Shown: positions 1 through 13,335, counted from the whole stretch's first letter. The stretch is DNA of 63,533 nt, filler included, from Sluysia triapertura (GCA_046118255.1; 4 parts of 4 records of this genome joined end to end with filler, not necessarily neighbours in it); one strand, 5' to 3'. Program-made: numbers and translations. The notes: generated from the letters alone by a model not told the origin.

Positions 1-224
1 TAATTAATTAATCTATTTTTAGACTTAATCTTATTCTATGTTTAAAGGTTTTATTGAGGTTCTAAAGTTATTTAGTATTTTATAAGACATTCAGGAGGAT
101 CTAGATGATTTCATCTCACCTCTCTGATTCATTTTCTATTTCTTCATGTTAATAACAAGGATTTTATTTCTCAACTATTTTAAAGATTTTAAATACTCTA
201 TAAAGTTACTCTAAGAACCCAGAT

Positions 225-385
225 TTCAAGATTTCAGAAATAATTAAAGGTTAATAAGGTCTCAGATGATCTCAAGGTTCACAAGCTCAAAGATACTTTA
301 ATGTCTTCAAAGGTTTTCCAAGTTTATTTCAAGCTTCCGTAGGTCTTGACACCTTACAGAGGTCTTTGGAATTCTTCTGCTGTTA
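225..385 (-). repeat. Repeat family A copy
   Basis: aaggtctcagatgatctcaaggttcacaagctcaaagatac... is shared with the other copies. Confidence 0.6.
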
Positions 386-1082
386 ACATTATTATAATTT
401 TAATCTTTATTATTCTTATTTTAACGTTGCTAATAATGTTCAATCCATAATTTGGTATCAGTTCTCTCTTAATCTTGTAGCTCAAATTGTAAACTTTATT
501 TGATAACTGAAAAGTTTAGATGTATTTTATTGACCTATTTAAAATGGGTTAATAATTTATATTAATATTTTAAGTGGATTTTGTGTATCGCTTAGGGATA
601 CAAAATTTAAAAGATTTAACGTGATTTTTTCTATAAATTCCAATTGAATCCAACTGTGCCACCAATCATCTATTTCCTTAAATGATAAATTAGTAGGTTC
701 CGATTTCAAATTATCCGGTGCCTGAATATTTTTGATCATAAAATTTATAAAAAATTTTATTTCTAAAACTAACTATTTAAACCAGAATTTCTTTTTAAAA
801 ATTAAAAAACATTCCATAATACAAATACTTTACTTTTATAATTTTATAAGCAAATGAAAATCAATTTTTCTTTTATACTATATATTTTTCTACTATATTT
901 ATTCAGAACAATAATTTCAGCACTAGCACTTTATTTCATGCATGATCACGCTCTGTATTATTTTCGAATTATTGTCTTCTAGTGTGAGTACGCATCATCA
1001 TATGCTTCGTGCATATTCTCAATTATTATTAATTATTATTATTATTATTATTATTATCGTCATATTATTAATTTAATTTCAG

Positions 1083-4000
1083 CTGACTCGAGAGAGAATA
1101 GAAACCATTCGATCAGAACAAGCCAATCAAATTGATCGATTAAGTGAAGAAATTCGAAAGAGAGACGATTTGATAATGGATTTAAGAAAGCAAATAAACG
1201 AAGCGACTGCAGCAAAGTTAGCAGCTGTTGAGAAGCAATCCAAATTTATCGAGGTTTATATATCATATTATAAATTTTCATTATCGTGTTCCTAATACAG
1301 GTGGAGAAGCGACTCAAAGAAAGAATTATGGACCTTGAGAGTGAAAATAAACATATCGTTAGTGGATTTATATTTTTACAATTTTATGTGAACATTGACA
1401 CGTAGATAGCTTCTTTTTAAAAATTTAATGAAGAAGTCTCGAAATTATCGATGCCTGATGAATACTTTCAGAACGACCATCCACATTTCTGTGATCTGTC
1501 ATCATTCTCAGTCTCATTTGTTGGAAACTTTACATATGTAGAACAAATATAATTCACAAATATAGAACACCAACATTGAACAATCACAGAGTTTTATCCT
1601 CGCCTATTGACTTCAGATAAGGTATCAAGACCTTTAAAACTTTGATATTTATGAAGATTATCGTGTTATAACCTGAAGGTAAAGAGATCAATATTTTATA
1701 AAGTTTTACAACAAATTTATAAATAAATTAATTAAATTAGAAGTGTTTGAAGATCATTTTTATCAATAACTCTTTTCATGATGTTTGCATAGGAGCGGGG
1801 ATCACCCATAGTAAAACACAATCATGAAATGTATCAGTGTTATGAACACCAAGATAGTGTGAAACACATCAACGTAGATAACGTAAAATCATCAGTTTTA
1901 ATTAATTTCCTTTATTATAAAGTTAAATTTCTACGCATTATAATGAGCATAATAAAACTATAACTTTAAATTGTATTTTATGTAGAAGAAGAATGCAGAA
2001 ACATATCTAAAAGAATCGGACAACTTCAAAGAAAGGATTAACGAATTGGAGAAAGTGTTCGACAAAATAAAATCGGAAAAATACAAATTGGAAAATGACA
2101 TGAAGTGTGAAAACGAAACTTTACAAACCAAATTTTCAGAATGCATATCTGAACTGGAACGGCTCAGAAGTCAAAAGCAAACTCTGGAAGAGAAGATGAT
2201 TTTGGATCGAGAGGAAAATTTGAAAACAATAATTGTGGAACAAAACAAAAATGAAGAATTGAAGAAAAAGGTTATTTACGTTATTTTTTCAATTTAAAAA
2301 CTTTGCCGATCACGTGGAGCATCCAGTGGGTACCTCAAATACAAAATAGCTAATTCTACTTTCAAATTTCTTCAGAATATCGTATATATCCAAAAATGCA
2401 TTCAGAAAAATCGAAATTAACGAGATGATCTTCTTAAACATCTCGTCGAAACACGATATGGCGCTTATATAAAAATAATAATTTATGTAAGGGTATAAAG
2501 TTTTATTTTTGTGTTTTATATTTATGTTTTATATTTTATTTTATTATTTATATTTAAAAATTTTCAAAAATTATAAATTACTATAACAATTATTAAAAAA
2601 TTACAAAAAATTATTATTATTATTATTCTTTAAAACATTATTAAAAAAATTTAATCATAAAAAATTTAAATTACCAAAAAAACATGTTCTGAAACAAAAT
2701 TGTTTTAGTAAATCAAATTTAAAAATATGTCTTTATACTCACAAAAACTTTTCAATTTACTAGTGTAGCCGCCATTTTGTTATCAGTCATATTAATTTTA
2801 ACAATTCCATTCATTCCGATTTTCTTTGGCGTTCAAACGGTATTGTCAATCCAATCAATTACAAGAAGAATTAGATCTCGCATATTCGATTAGAGAGATC
2901 TCAAATCCAATTCTTTTTGATCCAGCCAAATATTCACGAAAAGCATTCTTTTGATCCTGAACATTCAACTACAATTTTTTAATTTATCTCTTGAGTAGTA
3001 AGTTTATTCTAAATAACTTGTAGACTCGTTAGAGTTAAAATCTTCACTCAAAATATCTAGTTTTCAGTTGGTCATTAAGGCCAATTACAAAATGTCACAC
3101 TAAAATATAAAATCACTACCCTTTAGTTGGCCCCTGAGCTCAATTATAAAATAATTATCGATATATCGAGTCTTCGAGCTAGGTCTCTTATTATAAATAC
3201 TTCAATATTGTTATTATTTTATTATCATTGTTTGTTATTTGTATAAACTTACAATTGACTTATTTTGTTTCGTCATTTTTACCAATTTTTGATATAATAA
3301 ACTTTTGGTCATTTTTAAGTTGTAGTCTATTAGAATCTAACGTAAAAATTGTAACAAAAGTCTGATTTATTACTTCATAATGCAGAAAATTCAAAGTCAG
3401 ATTAAGTTGACATTAGAAACACGTTGGTCGCTATTATTTACGGTGCAAACTAAACTAATTCTTCAAAAGAATTAACTTTTGCTAATAGTTCTTATCAAGG
3501 TAATACATATAGATTCGTAAAATTGACCTTTATTATAGTGATTCTTAGTAAATAATAGAAGTTTTAAAGATAATAGAGAAGTACGTTTTTATACGAATAT
3601 CTTCACTGTTATTCTTATACCGACTTTCACGTTATTTTTACAGGTACGCTGTTAATAAGTCGTATGCTGTAAACGTACTCTGAATAATAGTTTATTTTGC
3701 TGTTAGATAAGTTTTTTAAAAGAAAAACCCAGCATTTGTATCGATTTACATTTCCAACTGATTTCATTTGTACTTAATTATTTCGGATACTTAAAGGCTG
3801 TGATTCATCATTAATATGTTTACTTTATTAGTTATCATCCAATGAGTTGGTACGGTGACTATTTACAGTAATTATTGAAGTAAATAAATAAAAATTGATT
3901 CATTATTTCATTTACGAAAAGAAACACAATCAATTTGCGACTCATTTGTTTCGTGGCTCTTCAACTGTTCAAATCGTTGTCAAACAAGCTTATCTGATTA

Positions 4001-7000
4001 ATGCGAATAATGCATATCCGAATTTCACGATTCAAAATTATTCTGTAAGTCATCATCTACAAATATAATAATAATTATTATTATTAACCTCGATTTATCT
4101 ACTTTTGTGAAATTCCATATAAAACGTGAATCAATAATTGAAGTGACAGTACTTAGTGCAACAACAAGGGGCCACAATGATTGGAGGACAATTTGAACGA
4201 GTCAAGTCTCCGCATGTCATCGGCCATTTGCTGCACTTGAAATTATCTATTGATAAAGGATTCACTATGATATTGGAATTCGGTACAGTTTGTTGATATT
4301 GCAGACAATCGAGAATGTCGTCCAGTAAATCATCACTGGAACACGACCAGTTCCATTTCTTTGTCAATAACTTAAAGATTCGACGCATTTCTCGTCGTGT
4401 TCCTTTTTTCAATACTTTATATAAGTTATGTTTAAATTTCTGATAACTTTCAGACGAAGACGAAGACGAAGATCGATTACGTTTGTTTTTATTTCTTTTT
4501 CTATGCTTATCTTTGATTTTGCTTTTCTTTTTGTCCGAGTCAGTGGAAGATTTATAAGTTTGCAGATTTGTTTGACACTCATTAGACCTTGTCGGCTGAA
4601 CGGATTTGTCGGCAGATGCGTAATGAATCTTTTGTTTACTACCATTTTCTGTAAGCATAGTAGGATAATTTTCATGTTCTCCTGGTTGGATTTTGTTGTC
4701 ATCTGTTCCTTGATTAAGCTTCATTCCAATTTCGTTATCTCCAGTTGGTTGGGTCGTATTGGTCGGATGTCTGGGCCGATCAGGTAAGACTGTATTTGTA
4801 TCAACATCTGATTTTTGTGTTCTGTTTCTAAGCCGATTTTCTCCAATATTTTCTTCATCAGAAGAATCTAAAATACTTCTTGGCTTTTTAAGCTGAAGAC
4901 TTTCGCTTGATAGAGAAGAATTTGATTTCAAATCACGAAATTTTCTAGTTGGATTGCCATCAAACGAAGACAAATCTGATATGTTCAATGAAGGTTTTTG
5001 CTTTTTATTTTTTATAGTTTTACCAGCTTCCGCACGTTCACGAGATTGCATTCCTGGTGGTTTTGGTTTCAAATCATCATTAATTTTCTTTATTGGTCGT
5101 CCATTCTTTTCTAGTGATTCTCTTTTCTGTTTCAATTTATCGACAGACGCTGAAGTTTGGGTATCATTGGATGATTTTTCTCTCAATGGATTTGTTTTCT
5201 TTGTTTTCGATTTTGCTTCATTTGCACTAATTAAATTGTCTTTCGAATTCTTTTTAGACTCTACAGACTTAGTTTCAGTGTTAGATGATTCTCTTTTTTT
5301 CAATTCATCTTTTTTAGATTTGGTATTTTTATTTTTTACAGATTTATCTTTTTGCGGTTTGGCTTTTGTGGAACTGGGCTTTTTACTTGATTTTCCTTTT
5401 ACTTTTTTTGATATTTTCGAGGCATTATTTTTTGTTTTTGAACCTTTTGTTGCAACTTTTTTAGCACCTTTTTTTAAAGTTGTCTTAGCCGTTTTTTTTA
5501 TAGCTTGTTTAGCAAGGACTTTCCCACCGATACCACTTACAGCTGCTACAGGACCCATTCTAAAATGCAGCTAGATTTATTGATTTGCATTTTTAATAAT
5601 TTATTATTTTAATTATTTTTCAATTTGATACAAAACATTTTTGAAAAATTGATAACTTTATTACATATTTTATATCTTTTTTCAGATACGCGAATTAAAT
5701 GAAGAACTGTCTGAATCGGAAAATCGAAATAAATCTGTTAAGATGTCCAATGTTGAATATGTACGACAAGTGAGTTGGCACTGGCCAATGATATTAATAT
5801 TAACTTTGTATATCATATGATTAATAATTTAAATGGAAACACAATAATTAAATATCACGTGATATTTTTTAAATTCATATATTTTAAACTGAGCATTATG
5901 TTTTTGTAAAACCAGATAGAATCTTTGCGAAGTCAACTAGTTGAACTTGGTACTAGTGAATCGAAAAAATGCCAAAACTTGAAATTGGAAGCAGAAACTC
6001 ATAAATCCGGTTTAGAACAATTGAGTCAAGAAACTATTCGACTAAATCGAGCATTAGATGAAGGTAAAGAGAAAATACGAGACCGAGATAATTCAATAGC
6101 TAAAATCAATGTAAGTTTGATGTGATAAAGCATGATTAATTATTCGAATTATAGTCGTCCATGTTGGAATTTGTACTACGGCAAATCGTGTGTAATCAGA
6201 CTAAAAAATAGAATAATTTGTGATTGGTGTTTTTAAAATAAAACAATATTAAAGATTTTTCGTAGTACAACAATAAATTGAAAATATATCTAATAAAATG
6301 TTTGTATAAATTAATTTCTTTACATAGGAAAAACTTCTAAATATGGAACAAGAGAATCGAAATTTATCGATACGATGTGTGGAAATAGAACAAGAATTAA
6401 AGATTGAAAGAGAAAAAACAAAAGCCAAAGAAGAAAACTTGTCAAATTTGACAGAAAAGATGAAACAAGATAAAGAGAAAGAAGAAATTGCTAGGAACCG
6501 AGACAAAGAAATATTCGAAGAACGTATGGAAGAAGTGATGAGGAAGTTTTCTTTAAAAGAAAAAATCTTACGAAATGAGGTAAATAATTTTGTACTGTAA
6601 CAATAGTTTGTTCATAACACGCTTTCCTGAAAATTGACATTGATTTATTTATATATTTTGATACGTTATTTACGATATGTTTAAGTTTTGTTTCTTATTT
6701 GCTAAAGGCATATCCTCAATCACAATGTTTACCACAAAAGTGTCGAAGCAAATTTCCTTTAAGAAGCGAAGTTTCACTTTACCAGTTTTTTCTGCTACTT
6801 GTGTCTGAATATTTTACAAAAGTTCGATCGCTTTCAGAATATTAAAATTTGGAAATTATTCATTATTTGTGTAATTATTCATTCTTTTGAGTCGGTTATA
6901 AGTCGACAAATTTTAATAATTAAATTTCGATGATAATTTCCGTCGACTTCCAAATCATCATTGCTCAAATTTAGTGGGATTTGTGACGAACAATCCTTTT

Positions 7001-10000
7001 TCTTATTAACATGACAAAATCAAAGTTTAACTGTTTAAATAATATATCAACTTAAATTAAATAAAATTAATTAAATACAAAATTTCTTTTCCACATTAAT
7101 TTGTATACACAATACGTCTTCTGTTAATCGTACATTGAACTTCGATTTCCATAACCAGTCTGATTTGATATCTCAGTGAGAATTAATGTATATATGCTTT
7201 TATTATGCTTGACCATTATAAATTTAGTTTTACATTATAAAAATTTAATTAAAATAAACAAGTTTTACGCTATCGGAGTCGACGTATTTCATAACATTTC
7301 AACATTAGTAATACTGATGATTTTCAATATTATGCTTTAGTTCATATGTTATTTTATTATGTACAGACGTCTTACATAAAATTATTAGATCAAAATAATT
7401 TTAATTAAATTAATTAATAAATGTACTTTTATAATTTTGTTGGAATTGCCCAACTATGGATCAGGAGATGAGTAAGAAAAGTATAGAGCCACAAAATAAA
7501 GGAAAAACGAATACAAATCGATGGATTGAACATTATAAGCATTGTCGAAATAAGAATCATGAAAATGAAAACATCTAAAGAATACCTTGAGTTCCAAAGA
7601 TCTATATTAATGATTTAAGATCTGATGGAAGCTTGAGATGGACTTAGAAAACCTTTAAAATCATTAGAGTACTTTTGAACTTGTGAATCTTTAGATCATT
7701 TATGACCTTATTGATCTTTACTTTTAGATAATTAATAGGAGATGCAAAGTTGGAAGTTGATGGAATTTCGACAGAAATTATTATTACATTTTAATTGTAA
7801 AAATTAGTAGGCTTAAAACCGACTCTAAGAAATAAACATGTATTATTGGCATGCAGAATTATTGTCGAATTTTCGATTCACTGTCATTTATCTAATTAAT
7901 ATATAAACGATCTTATTTTTTGCTAAAGTACTCAAAAAATAATAAATACAATAACTGAAGATGAACTTTTCATGCTGTAGAAGAGCTGATTCAACTCTGT
8001 AACAATTGACTAGTTTTATTGTGATTAGATGGGACTTTTGTTATTGTTATTTGGTTTACTAATATTTATATATGTGTTGTGCTATCCTTGAATTTAGTAT
8101 TATATTTTGGCAATTTATATTGATTTGTTATTGAGTTTTATTGAATAGGATTGAAATATTAAATTATAATTGATTTGATATTGTGATAAAGTTAAATATA
8201 TCGAGATTCGAATTTTTTTAATGTTGTTAGAACACAATAATGTACTGATAATACTCTATTTGATAAGTTTTTATCAAATTTATTATGACACATCATTTAT
8301 TATAAATTTAAGTTTGTCATTTATAAGTTTACGATATTTGATTTAAATATGCATAAGTTATTACTTGGATTTAGCAAAATTGAAATTCATTTGTTAATGT
8401 TTTTACTGACAAAATTGCTCTTGGTGATGTAGGTAAACACTATGTAAAAATGTTAAACATGAGAAATATAAACCTAAAGGAACCGCTTATGAATTTTCTT
8501 GAACATTAAAAAGTTTAGATGTTATTAGAAAAATCCAACTTTTAATGATATTTCTAAGAAATTAGTTGTCATCGAGAGAATAAATAATAATCTAACTTGT
8601 ATAAGTGATAAATAAGATAGATTTTAAAGGTCGGAATTATGTTATGAAAAATGATTCTCGATATTTGAAAAGAAGAATAATTCTGAATCTAATTTTAGAT
8701 ACAGAAACAATTCCAATTGCAGAAGAAATAGTTCAGTAAAGTTTAATAATTCTTGAGGATCTGGAAATAATAATCCCGGTGAATAATGCAAGATAATCTG
8801 TAATAACGTTACACTGGGTATTTCAATCAAAATCTTACTAAAATGCAGAATTGTCGGCAAAAAAATCAAAAAACCCAGATAGGAAAGTAAAATGTAATGA
8901 AAATAGTAGTAATAATAAAGGAGAAATAAATTATAATTACGGAGATCGAACAAAAACACAAAAATTAATTACAATAAATATGATGAAAATTAGAGAAAAT
9001 AGAGATTATGATTACTATAAGAAACTATAGAAGACGTTTCTTGTGTCTTTTAGAATATTGTCAATTTAATTCAATGTATTGTTATATTAATTTTAAATTC
9101 AAAAAATCAGTAAATCAAAATAAAATCAATCTCAATAATGATAACAATATAATCAAGTTAGTATCACAATATTCAAAACAACTAACACAATAATGAACTG
9201 TTATTGGTACAAATCAGTATTAAATAATTAACAATCAAATTTCACATAACACTAATTGATATACCTAAGTAATAATTAATGACTCATTTAATGTTATTAT
9301 GGAATCACCAGTTGCTTCAATGGTTAAATTCATTATTGAATTAGTTAAGTTAAATGATCCGTCCATAGTAGACTTGAAATATACTTGCTGATGATTTTTT
9401 AAAATCATTACGGTTATCGTACTTGGAACCATGATGAATGAATGACTCATAGTTAGATTTAACAGCAATTATACTAAAATAATGATAATAATGATAATAA
9501 TAATAATGATAATAATAATAATAATAAAATTTTAAAGTTTTAGGAACAATAATAATCATAATAAATATGGTACAATAAATTAATTCTTAATGCAATAGAA
9601 GTAGTTTTATTGCTTTTTTATATTTGTAATTCTAGTTTTATTACGTGTTTTGATTAAAGTATATAAATATATTTCATGAATAAAAATCGTATTCAGAATC
9701 AGTGCAGATTCAGTGGCAGCGGTGATAATGCCAGTTTTAATTGCGAAACACACGACGCAGCATCGTTCGTAAAAGATGATTTTTATTTAAATAAGATGTA
9801 AATGAGTTTTATTAATAAAATAATCAATTATAAATTATAATCTCAAAGCGCGAAACGATAAAAAATTCGAAAATATAAAACCAAGAATGACTCATTTAAA
9901 ACACAACATACAACAATCCGGAGTAAGTCCTACTCATCCTGATCTTATAATTTATTGATAATATTAGTCAAATCATCTTGCTTTTTAACATTTGTCTTTT

Positions 10001-12863
10001 GGTCTCTGCCTTAAATTTTGTAACTTTAACTCTTTAGTATTTAAATTTTTAATAATTTTAACTAAACTTTCTTTTATTAATTTGTTTCTTGTCTTAATTA
10101 AAAACTTTAACATAGTATTTAAATTTTGCGTTACATTAGAAACCGGCTAAGGCCTAGCAAATAAAGCTTTGTAACATAAGGTAGACAAATTAACTCGGAA
10201 ACAAAATGACGCAAATACAACATATATAAATTCAAACACAAATTAAAAATCGTACTAGAAAAATAAAATTGTTCACGAAAATACTCCTCAACTTGATTTG
10301 AATTGTTAACGAAAATGGCATGCTTAATGAGATCCACATAAACCATAAGATAACTTTCTTGATTATTTTGATCACTGAGATCTCTCTACCGACGATTTCT
10401 TTAAAATATATCAGTATATCAGTATAATCAGTATAATGTTGACCATCAGTCGAGCAAGTTAATTGTACTAATTTCGTGACCCGATGGATTTGCATTTTCA
10501 ACTATAAGGTAAATTTCTAGTAGTTACGTAGGCTTTCGCCATCGGCCATCCGATAGTTGACATCTTTCATTACATCGTTGACATTTTTTCTAAACCGATC
10601 GTTCCATTTATGCTTTTGAAAATGATAAAACAATTACTACGAACTGTAATTTCAACACTGTACCGCCTATTCATGCAATTATTTAATATTCTAAAAGTAC
10701 CTTTTTCATCGATTAAGTTTATGATATTTTAATAATGATTCTGGATCTATTAATGATAGTTTAGCATTAATTTTACAAATAATGAAATATTAAATTTTTA
10801 TTTTCAGATCGAATCCAAAACAAGTGATATTTCTTGGATGAAAGAAGAATTAGAAAAATGGCGGAAAATTTGTGAAGAACGAAAAATAAACCTACATCAA
10901 CAGGAAGAAGAAAAAGAAGAAAGTGAAAAAGAAATTTATAATTTAAAAGAGAAAGTTAGGACAATCCAATTGGACCTAGATCGAGTACAGTCAGATAGAA
11001 ACAGATTTGAGAGTCACAACAAATGTTTGGAAGAAGAATCGACAAATTTAAAGCTGGAAATAGATGATTTGGAAAAGAAAATAAAAGAAATGAATAAAAA
11101 ATATTTCAGTGAGAAAGAGGAGAGTCAAAAGAAGGTAATACATCTTTATATGATAGAGTATTAACTTGCTACGGTTTTACTTAAATTTAAACCTACGGAA
11201 AAATAAAAAATTGAGCAGGGTTCGGTTTAACAAACGACTTATATTGTAGAGAAGGCGTTCCTATAACCATGTGTGAGTAAATCTTATTCAAAAAGAATTC
11301 TCAAGTTTTATTAAAAAATAAGAGTTTAAAAAATCGAAAATCGAAATTAAAATTCTAATGAATATTTAATTTGTCACTGAATTTAAATTAAAATATTCCA
11401 TTTAGTAGATCGGGTTACAAATAAAATTTCATTAAAAATGTTTTAGGTAAATATTATTATTTTTTACCTTCTCGAGGAAGATGAAAACATATTAATAAAA
11501 ATAGCTTACCGCACTCATGGAAATGACGATAGCAAAAAATTGAATAAAATAATTTTCGCCGCAAATGCTGAATGTGTTCAGAATAGAATTGATAATTGAA
11601 AAATTTCACTCTAATCTAGTTGAAAGCCGCGATAAAAATTTTTTCATTGACACAAAATTAGAATTACTACTAAATGTAAAATGGCGAAATTGATGTTACT
11701 TTATAAACGAGTCATCAACCAATAGAAATTGATAGAATGTGATAGAAAATTTCTTTTTTAGAAATTAAATTTTCTTTTATTGAAAAATGAGGTTAATTCA
11801 GGCTGAAACTCCTCATTAGGTTGCCTTCTTACAAAGTCGCCTCGTCACTAAAACACACTTGTCGTTTTCATCAAATTATTCTTCATATTCACTAGTTCCA
11901 AGTTCTTTGAATCTATTTGATGCATGGTAAACAATCTCATTATATAAATGATCTTATATAAATAAAAATGTAACCACGTTATTGCGAGGATCACGCTATA
12001 ATTTTAAGTTTCTGAAAGATGATTCAATATCATTTTTAATTCAATTTTTATTCAGATGCAAAAGATCGAACAAGACCGTTCCGAATTAGAGCAAAGTGTG
12101 ACGAATTTGTTAAGTAAGGTGAAAGAACGAGACGATTTGTTGAAAAAGTTGGCTGATGAAACCACTAAATTGAAAGATAAATGTCGAGAAAAGGGAGAAT
12201 ATGAAAGAATTCTTCGTGGGGAAGTGACAGACACGCGGCAAGAATTGAACCGAGTACGTGAATACATGAAAGAGATAAATTTGGAGCGCGAAAGATTGAC
12301 CAAAGAAATGGAAAGTTTGAAACAGACAACGAACGAATTGGAAGAAGAACAAGACAGATTGAATAATGAAGTTAGTTGTATATTCGAATAAGTGGGTCCA
12401 TTATAAGGTGGTCATGCTTTCAAATGATTCAACCAATTTTATTTTAGGGCATTTTCGACATGTTCAACATAAATTTTTAAATTCCATGAATAAGAAACGA
12501 TAAATGCAAATGGAAGACAAAATGTAACAGAAATTGAATTTGTTAACATATATTCGGATCTTCTTTAGGCTCATCTTTCTTCATCAATTGAAAATTTAAA
12601 ATATTTATTCAAGATTTGTTTATTGTTTATTTCTTCAGATACTTCGTCGAGATGAAAAATTGAAGCGTTTTGAAATATCCGAAAAAGAGAACCTTTGCAA
12701 GTTGAATTCTGTCGTCAAAGAAATGGAAATCACGAAGAGCGAACGAGAAGAACAAGAGGTGGAATTGACATCCGTGCGTGCCAGATTGAGAGCTGCAATT
12801 GAAGAAGCAGGAAGATGTGAAGAAAGCGAGCAGAACATGCGCCAGGATTTGAATACATCTCAA
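1083..12863 (+). CDS. Partial multi-exon gene for a long coiled-coil protein (myosin-tail/centrosomal/rootletin-like composition; family not identified); 5' and 3' ends not seen
   Basis: AG/GT-bounded, stop-free, E/K/R/L-rich heptad exons that join in frame: 1083-1253, 1301-1357, (possibly 1793-1882), 1986-2270, 5686-5769, 5916-6110, 6328-6579, 10808-11134, 12056-12370, 12639-12863. Every exon length is a multiple of 3 and every intron is phase 0. Confidence 0.88.
3330..3480 (+). mobile_element. hAT transposase fragment
   Basis: KLTLETRWSLLFTVQTKLILQK resembles the hAT TRWNS...M..R motif. Confidence 0.4.
4131..5558 (-). CDS. Intronless 475-aa Lys/Ser-rich basic protein with Cys-rich C-terminus, nested antisense in intron 2271-5685 of the coiled-coil gene
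   Basis: 1428-nt ATG-to-TGA ORF in very AT-rich DNA where random ORFs rarely pass about 100 codons. Higher GC than its flanks. K/A/T-rich N-terminus, KHRKRNKNKRNR-S7 block, C-terminal CPPIIVAPCCCTKYCH. Confidence 0.85.
   Translation of the reverse strand: MGPVAAVSGIGGKVLAKQAIKKTAKTTLKKGAKKVATKGSKTKNNASKISKKVKGKSSKKPSSTKAKPQKDKSVKNKNTKSKKDELKKRESSNTETKSVESKKNSKDNLISANEAKSKTKKTNPLREKSSNDTQTSASVDKLKQKRESLEKNGRPIKKINDDLKPKPPGMQSRERAEAGKTIKNKKQKPSLNISDLSSFDGNPTRKFRDLKSNSSLSSESLQLKKPRSILDSSDEENIGENRLRNRTQKSDVDTNTVLPDRPRHPTNTTQPTGDNEIGMKLNQGTDDNKIQPGEHENYPTMLTENGSKQKIHYASADKSVQPTRSNECQTNLQTYKSSTDSDKKKSKIKDKHRKRNKNKRNRSSSSSSSESYQKFKHNLYKVLKKGTRREMRRIFKLLTKKWNWSCSSDDLLDDILDCLQYQQTVPNSNIIVNPLSIDNFKCSKWPMTCGDLTRSNCPPIIVAPCCCTKYCHFNY
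7439..7730 (+). repeat. Interspersed repeat family A (LTR-like, starts TGTT.G.ATTGCCC)
   Basis: Reverse complement of the segments at about 225-385, 29560-29838 and 51820-52050 (shared tctcaaggttca.aag.tcaaag...cttcaaa core). Confidence 0.65.
10130..10650 (-). mobile_element. Possible decayed retrotransposon protease/pol fragment
   Basis: VNYRMADGESL...EIVGRE resembles the retropepsin flap and ILGRD motif. Disrupted by stops. Confidence 0.3.
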
Positions 12864-12989
12864 GTAAGATTTATTATTACCAATCTTACAAGGGTAACAT
12901 ATTTTCATCAAAGTTGCATTGTCCATAAAATGTATATTCCTGGCAATGGAAAGGGTTGGAAGAGCATCTTGTTAAGTCTTTATAATAAG

Positions 12990-13335
12990 TACAATAATCT
13001 CGAATAGTAGTAATAATAGTAATAGTAATAATAATAATAGTAATAATAATCTCTAATAATAATAATCTCGAACAGTATTAAAAATAATAATAATAATAGT
13101 AGTAGCAATCTCGAATAATAAGCTCGAATAATAGTAAGAGTAATAATAATGATAATAGTAATAATAATCTGGAATCGTAGTAATAATAATCGAATGATAA
13201 TAATAAGCTCGAATAGTAGTAATAATATTAAGAGTAATAATAATAAAAGTAATAATAATCTCAAATAGTAGGAATAATAATCTCGAATAGTAAAAATAGT
13301 AATAGTAATGATAATAGTAGTAATAATAATCTCAT
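12990..13335. repeat. Compound (AAT/AGT)n microsatellite punctuated by AATCTCGAA units
   Basis: About ten aatctcgaa/agctcgaa variants are separated by variable runs of aat/agt. Confidence 0.85.

Noticed and set aside
453-462. TGGTATCAG as a tRNA-Met primer-binding site
   Set aside because: Only 9 nt, not preceded by a clear LTR CA end, and the adjacent repeat is in the opposite orientation.
4428-5574. Plus-strand Phe/Leu-rich ORFs (119 aa and 206 aa) and the overlapping 97-aa minus ORF
   Set aside because: Shadows of the Lys-rich 475-aa gene; AAA codons read as TTT on the other strand.
8300-8900. gag-like remnant downstream of repeat family A
   Set aside because: Only compositional similarity and a broken Cys pattern; too decayed to call.
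12052-12926. Several minus-strand ORFs over the coiled-coil exons (also 1958-2146 and 6249-6506)
   Set aside because: Antisense shadows of E/K-rich exons.
12980-13335. CRISPR-like repeat/spacer pattern and a Leu/Ile/Tyr-rich ORF
   Set aside because: Units are 8-9 nt, spacers are microsatellite, there are no cas genes and the context is eukaryotic. The ORF is a translation of the microsatellite, as at 22523, 38948 and 42014.
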